Positions 28,201 to 40,200 of a DNA stretch of 64,000 nucleotides are shown here, in pieces. Origin of the DNA: Okamejei kenojei (lineage: Eukaryota). The first letter of the stretch is position 1; each line of letters opens with the position of its first letter. The position numbers and the translations under genes are program-made. The stretch spans positions 5,580,001-5,644,000 of the forward strand of contig CM069131.1 in the NCBI GenBank assembly GCA_035221665.1, given 5' to 3'. The notes under the pieces were generated by a model that was not told where the DNA came from, did no database searches, and worked only from the letters and a program-made list of their open reading frames with translations.

Positions 28201-31200
28201 AAACAAATTCCCTTGATGGCCGGATCATGTAGGTGGATGCCATTTTTATAAATTAGTACAACAATATGTCTCATTGCAGAATGTCTGCATTTACGTCTTA
28301 GAAGAATTCATACTCAAAATCGGAAATTGTAGGAAACCATCCAGCAGGTCAGGCAGCAAACGTGGAAAGAGAACCAACTCGAAGGTTTCTGGAGCAGGAC
28401 TCTTTAGCAGAACCAGCAAAGAGCTCAAACTAAGGTAGACACGACGTGCTGGAGTAACTCAGCGGGTGAGGCAGCATCTCGGGAGGGAAGGAATGGGCGA
28501 CGTTTCGGGTCTAGACCCTTCTTCAGACTGATGTCATGGGAGTGGGCGGGACAAAGATAGAACGTAGGCGGAGACAGGAGGACTAGTAGGCCAACTGGGT
28601 AGGGGGAGGGGAAGGAGAGAGAAAGCAAGGGCTATCTGAAGTTAGAGAAGTCAATGTTCATGCCGCTGGGGTGTAAACTACCCAAGCAAAATATGAGGTG
28701 CTGTTCCTCCAATTTCAACTGGGCCTCACTCTGACAATGGAGGAGGCCCAGACAGAAAGAACCCAGACCCGCTACCACTAGAGATCAAACTAGTTAGTTT
28801 ACAGCAGCTGAGAAAGAGGGAATATTTAGTCAGAAACAGGCCCTTCCGCCAAACTTGCCCATGTTAATCAAAATGCCCCATCTGCACTAGTCCCACCTAC
28901 CCGCATTTAGCCCATATCCCTCTAAACCTTACCAACCAACATCCCTGGCCAAATATCTTATAAATGTTGTTTTAAAGGTTATGTTACATGTGTCTAATCG
29001 GGTGAGATCAACTGAATTGACATAGCAACGGGAATTGCGGATATAATCATATTACGCTTCTTTCCATTCAAGGTGCTGTTAATGAGAAGTCAGTGGAACA
29101 TGCTCAACTGGCTTAGTCTATACAAAAGAAAATGAAAAACAAAGTCAAAATAATGACAGGCAGAAGAGATGCACAGTTCTGATGCAGAGAGAGAGACAGA
29201 CAGAAAGAATGAACTGAAAATAGAGAATTGATATTTCGTCCAGAAGGCTACACCGTTCTCAATTGGAAGATGAGATGACATTCCCTAAGCTTGCATTAGA
29301 CCCCAGTGCAGGAAGTCACAGCAAGAAAGGTGAAGCAGGATGGTGAATTAATGTGGCATGCAACTGGAAGCTCAGGAAATATGAATTCTGGTGGGGTCGA
29401 AGTCAAGGATAGAGGGAGCTCATGTAATGCGCTGTCCAGGAGGAGGCAGGGTGAGAAGGAAAGGATAGAGTAAGTCGGGGGGGAAAAGTAGCCTCACTGA
29501 AATATATTCAGGTGGGTATTGAGTAACTGTGCTTCATTTACCTCTCTAATGTACTAATAACGATTTCTACAGTATGTATAGATGTCAGGAGGACGTCTGG
29601 AGAATAAGACTGGAGCAAAGTCAGTGGATGGCTGGATTGTAATCACGTATTGTCTTTCTGCTGACTGGATAAGCATGCAATAAAAAAGCTTTTCACTGTG
29701 CCTCGGTACATGTGACAACTAAACTTGAGCTGGGCAGCTCCTGAATGCCTGATGGTGATGGATTGTCTCATCGATTAACCAAAGATGCTAATTGTAACGG
29801 CCTGGCTGATCAGCACACTACTTAAAATAAGGTTCTTAGTGACGGGGAGCAGAATTAGGCCATTTGGCCCATCATGTCTTCTCCGCCTATTCAATCATGG
29901 CGGATCTATCTCTCTCTCCTAACCCCATTCTCCTGCCTTCTCCCCATAAACCCTGACACCCGTACTAAGCAAGCAAAATTTCCTTTTGCTTCATAAACCA
30001 AATTTACGAACAATTAGTGTGATTATTCATAAAATCTCAGAGCACAGCAAACTGCAAATATTTTTTTTTTAAAATAGAAAATGCTGGAAGAACTGAGCAA
30101 AGTCAAACAGCATCCATGGGGAGAAAAGGATTCAAATTTTCAGGTCAAGAGCCCTTCCTTTGAACTTGGATAATGCCGCTAGCATTCTGTTTTTTTTTCC
30201 TGATTTTGAGCAACTGCAGTTTTTTGATTCAGATACAAATTGGTTTTACGTGCACCTTATGTGAAACAATCTTTAAAACAAAAGACTGGAATGACTAGTT
30301 CTGGAATTTAACGACAAGTCTGAAGTGGAAGGATGTTGAACTTTAATCTAATATTTCTTGCCACATTACCTACCTCATTGCTCTCGTGAAGATTTACCAA
30401 CAAGCTGTCAGGAGTAGGTATGAAGATATCTGTGCGAGAAATAGGGAAATGAAAAGAGCAACACTCAAATTTGCAATAAATAACCAGATCATATCTTCAA
30501 GAAAACAGAAATAATGTAGACATGCTTCATCAAAGTAACTTGATAAGAAAAATGCCAAAGATAGTCATCTGGATGTCACAGTTATCAACATGTTAAAGAT
30601 TTAAACGCACCTTTGATAGCAAAAAAAAACAATTGACCAATGTTTTGAAGATATAACGAGGGCAGCAGGGCCAGAGACATAGTCTATGTGGACCTCAGCA
30701 GGGTCATTGATAAGTTTCCTCGTGGTAGCCTGCTCTAGACGGTTAGATCACACGGGATCCAGGGAGAGCTAGCTAATTGCGTGGAGAAATGGCTTCATGG
30801 TAGGAAGCAGAGGGTGGCGGTGGAAGATTTGTTTTTTCGGACTGGAGGTCTGTAAACTGTTGGTGTGCCTCAGTGATGTGTGTCGGACCCGTTGGTGTTT
30901 GTCACACACGTTTATGATTTGGATGAGAATGTACACGGCATGATTAGCAAGTTTACAAATGATACTAAAGTAGGCGGTGATGTTGGCAGTTCAGGTGGTC
31001 ATCAAGAATAACAGCGGGATGTTGATCAGTTGGACAAGTGGGCTAAGGAATGGCTCGTGGAGTTACATTCAGATAGTGCAAAGTGTTGCATTTTGGGATG
31101 TCAAATCAAGGCAGGATCTTCACAGCAAACAGTAAGGCCCTGGGGGAGTGCTGCTGGGCAGAGGGATATAGGAGTACAGCTACATACTTCCCTGAAAGTG

Positions 31201-34200
31201 GCGTTGCAGGTAGATAGGGTGGTGAAGGATGCCTTCATCAGTGAGGAAATTGAGGGTATAATGTTATAGGTGTTCAAGGCATTGTTAAGGCCACACTTGG
31301 TGAATTATGTTCAGTTTTGGTCACCCTACTGTAAGAAAGATGCCATTAAGCTGGAAATGGTACAGAGAATATTTACCAAGATGCTGCCAGGACTTGAAGG
31401 CCTGAGCTATAGCGACAGATGGGGTTGGTTAGGACTTTATTACTTGGAGTGCAGGAGACCGACGGTTGATATTATAGAGGTGTAAAATGCACAGGGTGAA
31501 TACAGTCTTTTTCTCACGGTAGAGGAATCAATAACTAGGTTTAAGATGAGATGGGAAAGATATAAGAGGAAGCTGAGGGGTAACATTTTACACAAAAGGC
31601 GTATGGAACAAGCTGTCAGAGGAATTAATTGGAGCCGGTACAATAACAACATTCAACAGGTATATGGACAGGAAAGCCGAGAAGGATATGGGCCAAACTC
31701 AGCCAAATGAGTCAAGCTTTGATGGGGCCTTTTGACCGGCATTTCACAAAATTCTATGAAAGAGATGGTTTCAGAAGGTGGCAGTGAGATAATAGACAAT
31801 GTCACAACAGTGCAACTATGCAGTCCCTGTAATGTTGAGAATATGACATTTCAGCTCTAGTCCCAATAAGATTCTGAGTTTATCAGAAAAACAATGCCAT
31901 GGAGAGGCTGATCCAATCAATGTTGAGGGTGTGAAGGTCATTGTCCTTATGCGCCAAGAGACAAGTCTGAAGGGGCAATCAGGCTTCTTTCAGTGGTGCA
32001 ATGATAATTCTGACGATGGACAAGATGGATGAGGTGAAAAAGTCACATCACAGCTATTGAAATCTGCCATACTGGTTGGGTCCTATTTACTCAGGATTTA
32101 AGCATGTTGGTGTTTTGAGCAGAAAACTAATGAGAGAGATTTAAAATAACCTGCGGGAAGGATGGATCGAGTTTTGGGAGGCAGCAAAAACAATTTCAAG
32201 GAATTTAGAGCGGATGGCAAAGTTGGAATTGGTGAGGAATAGGTGATTAAGGTGGGGATGGTGCTGGTCAGAAGGATATATGCTGGGATCCTATAGGCCT
32301 GAAAGCATAGAAATGTCCTGGTGAATTAACAGGCTAACTGAAATTTTATTCACTGATACAACCTTTCTAAAGAATCCTAGATTCTTTCTTTTCAAAGTAA
32401 CCAAATCATCAACTCAATTTCAGAAAGAGTTAAAAATCATTGTCTCTTCTGCATCTTGATTTCTCCTTTCCTTTATTAACCAAAGAGACATTATGCAACT
32501 TCTCAGGATGTCAGTGGTCAGAAATATAATTCACAAAGACATATACGGCTTCTCCCCGCCCCCCCGCACCCCCCCCCCCCCCCCCCCACCTCCCATCAGT
32601 CTGAAGAAGGGTTTTGGCCCGAAACATTGTCTATCTCCTTCGCTCCTTAGATGCTGCTGCACCCGCTGAGTTTCTCCAGCTTTTTGTGTACCCTCATCAT
32701 TCTACAAGATTGCACGGAAGCTTTTATTCGTCTGGAAGATGTTGCTTCAGATTCAAATACTATAATTGGTTCAATAAATAGTGGATTTCAACAAACTTAT
32801 TATCCCATTGTTATGGACAGCATATTGCCACATCGCAAAATTAAAACTGCAAACTTACAAAGATAAGACTTATTTTCATATTGTACCTTCAATCTCGGAC
32901 ACAATCAACATTTGAGGCTGTGATAATCCTTCCTGTAAGTTGAGGAAATGAACTGTGCTGTCAAAGGTAATAAATCCTATTCTGGTCCTTGAGTCCCCGG
33001 GTAACCTAAGATATATTCAAAATTATTTTTGCACACATATAACCTTAGCAATTAGCTTAAAAGAGCAATACAAATTTATACAATTTCAGTAAATCACAAA
33101 TCACTAAAATGAAAATATTGCATAATGGCATCAGGTCTCTTCTTGGGCTTGTACTCAAGTCTGTTTCGTCACAGACGAACAACTAACTGAATGCTGGAAC
33201 ATTATTCATTGAAATAAATTTAAAAAGTGCAATTTAAGACAGACTATACTTTCACTGAAATGTCAGGTTTTGAATGTCAATTGGGCCTTTTTAAAAGTTT
33301 AGTGAAAGCACTTCGAACTACAAATGCATAAAAGCCATTTCCACATCACATAATCACTTAACTATTTCAAATTCCCTGCAAAACATAATGCTCAAACCCT
33401 TTACACCATTGAATTGAATTGAATACTTTATTGTCACACGTGACAAGTCACAGTGCAATTGCACACCCAAGGTATGCAAATAGTCGCCCATAAAGGGCAC
33501 TTACAAGGTTACACATTCCCCCCCTCGCGCCAGATCCCCCTTTGTTCTTCCCCTCCTTCCCCCCTCCCTCCCTCACGGCAGTCCCCTAACGCCAGGTCCT
33601 CCATTGTCCATTGGCATCCAGCACAAGCTACTTTATTTTAAAGAAAAAGGACTCTTACTTGTCAAGGTTCTCTAACAAAGACTGACAGCAAATATTCAGG
33701 TATCCTGATTCCACAGCGTTATGGGAAACATCAAAAACAAAGAGATAGACAGCAGGTTGAGGAGGTCGCAACTGCAAAGGAAATATTTTGACTTTCAAAG
33801 ACATGCTTAAAACAATTAGAACTTCAAAATACGTAGTTAAAGCCCTGTCCCACTGTACAAGTTCATTCAAGAGCTCTCCAGAGTCAAAAAAAAAAATCAA
33901 ACTCGTGGTAAGCACGTAGAATGAACGTAGCGGGTACATCGGAGCTCGGGGACGTCTCTTAGCGGCTCGTAACGCTAACGGCAGTTACTCGGGAAACGCG
34001 GTAAGCTCGGGAAAACTCGTGAAGATTTTTCAACATGTTGAAAAATGTCCACGAGAGCCCCGAGTACCTACGAGCGGCCATTACCGTAAATCTCCGAGTT
34101 CGAATCAGGGCAAACTCGGGAGAACTCTTGGAATGAACTCAGTGGGACAGGGCTCTTCCACGTTTTATCATTTCGATCATACAAGTCAATTTCAAACTCA

Positions 34201-37200
34201 TTCAAATAGATCGCAATGCTCTGCTCTATACAATAAATGTTTACTAATATACAAGCATGTTAATAACTATTCATTTGATTTCTGAAAACAACATTTTACC
34301 ATATAATCCGATGAAGCAATAAATTCCACAGTTGCAGCTTGAACTTCCGGTCGTTTATGTGGTTCACCGTATGAGCGTGTCAAAGGATTATACATAAATT
34401 CTTCCGGTACTGCAAGATAACGTGAAAGATTTCATTTGCAAACAAACACTAATATTCCAAATCATGCAAGTTGTTTCACCAAATGTTAATAATCTCCTGG
34501 CAAACTGGTTAAAAGGTCGAAGAGGGGAATTGAAGTCTAGGGATGATGCCAAAATTATGCACAACATTGCAAATAAACTCAAGGCCCTGTCAGCTGAACA
34601 AGTTCTTCAACACAAACAAACAAGCTACCTTTAAAGATTAGGGTGAAAATTTAGAAAACTGTGTTTTGTAGCAAGGGTCATCCTTTTCATATCGACATAT
34701 TATTTTAGGGTAGCCAGCATCATTTGAGGGTAGACAAAAGATGCTGGAGAAATTCAGCGGGTGTGGGTAGCTACTTGAAAATGCTAGGTAGACAAAAATG
34801 CTGGAGAAACTCAGCGGGTGAGGCAGCATCTATGGAGCGAAGGTAATAGGTGACGTCTTGGGTCGATGTATCATAATAAATATTTATGTATCATAATAAA
34901 TATCTTTAATTTTTTTCTGGATAATTAACCATCACTCTCTTGTTCCTCTATTTCTTCCTTGATGCACATCTGTTCTCCCTAATGATAGATGTCATAAGAA
35001 TCCGGCCAAAGCAGCAGATAATTCAGTCAGGCAAGGAAACTACCTTTAACATGACAGCAAACTTGAGAATCAGGAATAAAATCACAATATTTCACACTGC
35101 CAGAGCTTTCATTGAACAGTTAAATTTTAAATATTTTTTTAAATATAACCAAATGCAAATAAAGGAAACCAAAAAATAACCACTCAATATATGGTAGTGG
35201 AAGGAGATAAATAGAAATAATAGCCGTTAAATTTATGTTTAGTTTAGTTTAATTTACAGATACAGCGGGGAAACTGGTCCTTTGGCCCACCCAGTCCGCA
35301 CCGATCAGCGCACTAACACTATCCAACACACACGGGGACAATTTACATTTTCTTATACCGTGCCAATTAACCTACAAATCTGTCCGTCTTTGGAGTGTGG
35401 GAGGAAACCGAAGATCTCGGAGAAAACCCACGCAGGTCACGGGGAGAACGTGCAAACTCCTTACAGGCAAGCACCCGTAGTCAGGATCGCTGTCTCTAGC
35501 ACTGTAGCTCTGCTGCAGCGCCACCATAATATCATATATTATCATGGAAATATGTATTATCAGGAAGAAAGGTCCCGACCTGAAACGTCACTTTTCCACC
35601 TGCCTGAGTCCACTCGTTACTCCAGCATTTTCTGTGCATCTTTCTCATATATTATCAGTGATGCTTATTTTCCCTGAGAACATGTTTTGGTCCTTCCGAT
35701 CTTTCACACTTTAGATTATTTAAACACATACAAGTTAAATGTATTTGCTGAGTCCCGATTCTTTCAAGAATGAGGCAACTGTGATTCTGCACAGTTATAC
35801 AGTTAATTTAGTTGACTTTTACTCTCATCTTACATTTTCATCACTTTCTAATATATCTATTTCCATCACCTTCAAAACCCTATTTTACAGATTTAATATT
35901 TGATATGTAGATTTATCTGTTCTTTCTACTAGACTTCTATTAGATCATACTCCAATTCAAGTGGTGCCTGTCTCTTGAGTAAAGCTCCATCATCTCAAAA
36001 ATGACCCTTGCTACAAAACAGAGTTTTCTAAATTTTCACCCTAATCTTTAACGGTAGCTTGTTTGTTTGTGTTGAAGAACTTGTTGAGCTGACAGGGCCT
36101 TGAGTTTATTTGCAATGTTGTGCATAATTTTGCCAGTGCCTTATGAAAAAGCACCCCCATTTCCACGCCATTCTCTTAGCGAGACATTACTTTTTTTGAT
36201 ACATTTGTTGCTGGAGCCAATCCATATATTAGATCAGGGGTCGGCAACCTATGGTCCCTTGGGCCGAATGCGGCCCGTAACCCGAAATCATTCGGCCCGC
36301 AGGCGGATTTTTTTTCCCGTGGTTATCCGGCCCGCCAAGTGGCGAGCGCTGGCTGTGCCACATCCTGCGCAAAGCCGCTGGCACGACCGCGCACCTTCTG
36401 TGAACACGTGATTTGATGCCTGCCATCCGGGGCGGGATACATGTGTACACGTGATAGATGTGGCCCGCCATCCGCTCACAGACATGCGCCCTGGTCCCTA
36501 CGCCGATCAAGGTTGCCGACCCCTGGATTAGATGATCACACATTTTGGTCATTCTTTTTTTATAAATGATTCGGAGCTACTAAAATACCCGCAACTTTTT
36601 TTTTTAGTTTAGAGATACAGCACGGAAACAGGCCCTTCGGCCCCTCGAGTCTGCGCCAACCAGCGATCCCCGCACAATAAAGCTACTTCTGCACAATTTA
36701 CAATGACACCAAGCCAATTAACCTACAAACCTGGACGTCTTTTGAGTGTGGGAGGAAGCCGGAGTTCTCGGGGAAAACCCACGCAGGTCACGGGGAGAAC
36801 GTACAAACTCCGTAAAGACAGCATCCATGGTCAGGATCGAATCTGCGTCTCTGGCGCTGTGAGGCAGCAACTACCGCTGCGCCACCCTGCCAACTGTTGA
36901 GATAAATTCACCTGCAATGCTGTCAAGAATTTGAACTAGTCGTCACTTCAAAAACTGAATACTAGTCAGTCACTGAGATGGTCTTGTCATTTCTGTGGCT
37001 TGTGATGCTCATAGAATGGAAAATCCTCTATGTCCTCAATAATCTCTTTAGTCCTTCTTGAGTCTTGAAAATGTTAACTGTAAAACTGAACGTTTACTTT
37101 CTGATTCTCTGAATTTGCAGGTATTAAAAGAACACCAAAGTTGACTAATATTTCTTAACTTACCATCATTAACTCGATAACACAGATTGCATTTCCACCT

Positions 37201-40200
37201 CCTTTGATCAAGGAAGGATACGAATGGGTTAATGTATGTTCTGCAGGTTCGACATCTGACGATGGTGCTGGACGTAATCACGGGCAAATGCTGAATCATC
37301 AACAAAACCAGTTATTATTAAGCCACAATTCGAACTTTCTCAATAAATGTACGTTCAGTTAATATCTAAAATGGGATCGATACAAAGCAATTAAACACAT
37401 CCGGGAAAGGTCCATTGGGCTTTCGTCATCATTTCTCTAACCCGGATCTCATGTTACGCTCCTGCTGCAGGTTGCTATAACTATTTCCAGCAGCATACCT
37501 CCCCATATCCTGGGACATGTCACTATCTCAAAGTCAAAGCAGAGAAGAGGCTAAACCTCAAGTACTGGATTCTGAGGGCGCCCTCCAGAACTGTTTATCG
37601 GTGTCTATCTTTTTGACTGAAATTCCCCTTGTGCAAAGGGCTTGGATGAGGTGGGATTTCTAAAGTATGCCCTGGCATGTTTTCTTAAACAATATGTAAG
37701 GGGTCCCACGACAGTGGGTGCATCACTAAACCTATTAGTGAACAGGGCAGGGCAGGTGACTGAAGTGGAAGTCACCTGCCCTGCACCTTGAGACTATTAA
37801 TTTTAAACTAGTCAAGGAAAAAGTCAACTTTGATCCACAAGTTGAGGTGTTAAATTGAGGTAAGGCCAATTGTTATATATTAGACTGGAACTTGCAATAG
37901 TTTACTGGGAGATGCTGGTTTCAGATAAAGGGATAAGTGGGAGGCTTTTAAAGGTGAGATCAGCTGGTTGAGGGACTCATGAGTGATGAGGGATAAAGAA
38001 AGCATATGTCAGGTGTAGGCATTGGAATCAAGTGACTTCCTTGACGAATATAAAAAATTGAGCAGAAATCAGGTTAGCTGTCAGACAATGTAAAGGAAAA
38101 TCCTTACAGAACAACATATTAAGAGCAAAAGGGTAAAAAGGGAAAGAGTAGGCCCCGTTAAAGATCAACATGTGTGTCCGTGTCAAGCCAGAGATCAGCC
38201 AGGTGTTAAATGAATACTTCTTATATGTATTTATTGAGGAGAAGGACATAAAATCAAAGGAACCAAGGGAAATGAGTAGTGACGTGTTGGACCATATCTG
38301 AATCATATAATAGGTGGTGCTAGCAGTTGTGAACAATATTAAGGTGGATAAATCCCTGGGCCTGACCAAATGTATTCTCACAATTCTCATTGTGCAAAGC
38401 TAAGGAAGAAATTGTTAGGGTCATGGCAGAGATATTTGCTTCATCTTTAGTCACGGGTTGATACCAGAAGACTGGAAGGTGGTTAATACTGCACCTTTAT
38501 TCAAGAAGGCGACAAGGACCAGCCAGTGTACTACTGGCCAGTGAGCCTGATGTTTGTGGTGGGCCATTAGTTGGGAGGGGATTCTGAGGGGTAGGATCTA
38601 CTGGTATTTGTAGAAACAAAGAACTGCAGATGTTGGTTTATTAAAAAAAAGTGCTGGAGTAACTCAAGGGGTTAAGGCATCTTCTCTGGAGAACGTGGGT
38701 AAGTGATGTTTTCAGGTTGGGAGAAGGGTCCTGTACCCGAAACGCCACCTAATCATGTTCTTCAGAGATGCTGCCGGGCCCGTTGTAATACTCCAGCACT
38801 TTGTGTCTATCTTTGGAGTGTTGTGTGCAGTTTGGACCGCCCTACTGCAAGAGGGATGTCATTAAGCTGGAACGGGACTAGGATGTTACCAGGATTTGCC
38901 GGCTTGAGTTACAAGAAAAGTCTGGATAGGCTGGGACTTGTTTCCCTGGAGAATAGGAGACTGAGCAGTAACTTTGTAGAGATAAACAACATCATGAAAG
39001 GCATAGATAAGGTGAATGGTCAGTGTCCCCCCCCCCCAAAAAATGAGGACATAGGTTTAAGGTAAGACGGCGGGAACATTTAAAAAAAGATCTGGGGGCA
39101 ATTTCTTCACACAGAGGGATGTGTATACATGGAACAAGCTGCTTGAGGCACGTACGATGGCTATGTTTCAAAAATGTTTAGATAGGTACATGGATGGGAA
39201 TGTTTTAAAGGGGACATGGTTCAAACCAAAGATCCTATATGGCAAGATAGCCCAATCGACGAAAAAGGCGTAGTACGATCATGGGCAGATTCACGGGTAA
39301 TTTTCGGCCCCATATCCGTAACCGACTTCTGTCTCTGCACCAAAGATCCCATAGCGGAGCAAAGATAACTAGTGCGGAGACGGAAGCCGGTTATGGAAAC
39401 ATCCTCGTAAAAATAAAAGTTATTTGGTAAAAAACTTCTCCTCATTTTCAGAATTATAATTTATTAACACAAACTGTTCCCCCGCAACGTTGATTACACT
39501 GCGAGTCGGGTCGGGTTACTGAAATGGATGAAAAAAAGGTCCACGTTCTGCTCCATTGCGTACTACACGTCAGCCTATTGCATTTAGAAGGAGTGCTCTA
39601 TCTTGCTCCGCTATAGGATCTTTGGTTCAAACGCACGCAAATATTATGTTCAGTTATAAACCCAGCCCGGTATGGCGAGTTTGGCCAAAGGCCCTGTTAT
39701 CATGCTGTTCAACTTTATGACTCGATGAAATCTTGACAGAGAGCACATGTTGTCACAAACCCTTTCCCACTGCCTCCAAATGTCACTGATGCCTGGAGAT
39801 TAAAGCAGCTTAAGGGCAATTAAATCAGCTAAAAATTAATTAACACTTATCAAAGTAAATAAAACACAATTAACAAATTAAATAAAATATTTAATACGAA
39901 TTAAACCAATTTAGAAGAGGAGATGCTGAAAATATTCAGAACAAGCAACAACTGTGTAATGAGTTAACACTTCGGCCCAGTGAGCTGACAGTTCATCCAT
40001 TTATCCTTCGTCCAATCAGAATGTTGAGATTACCTCGTATCTTTCTTTTAAATTTGGTGTGAAAGCTTCTGAAATTGGCTTAGCCAGACCAACTGATGAG
40101 ATAAACTCACCTGCGACATCCCTAAGAATTCTGCAGTTGCCACTTTAAAATGTTGTATACACTTTCAAGAGAGACTGAATAAACTCTTTCAGTGGCTCCT

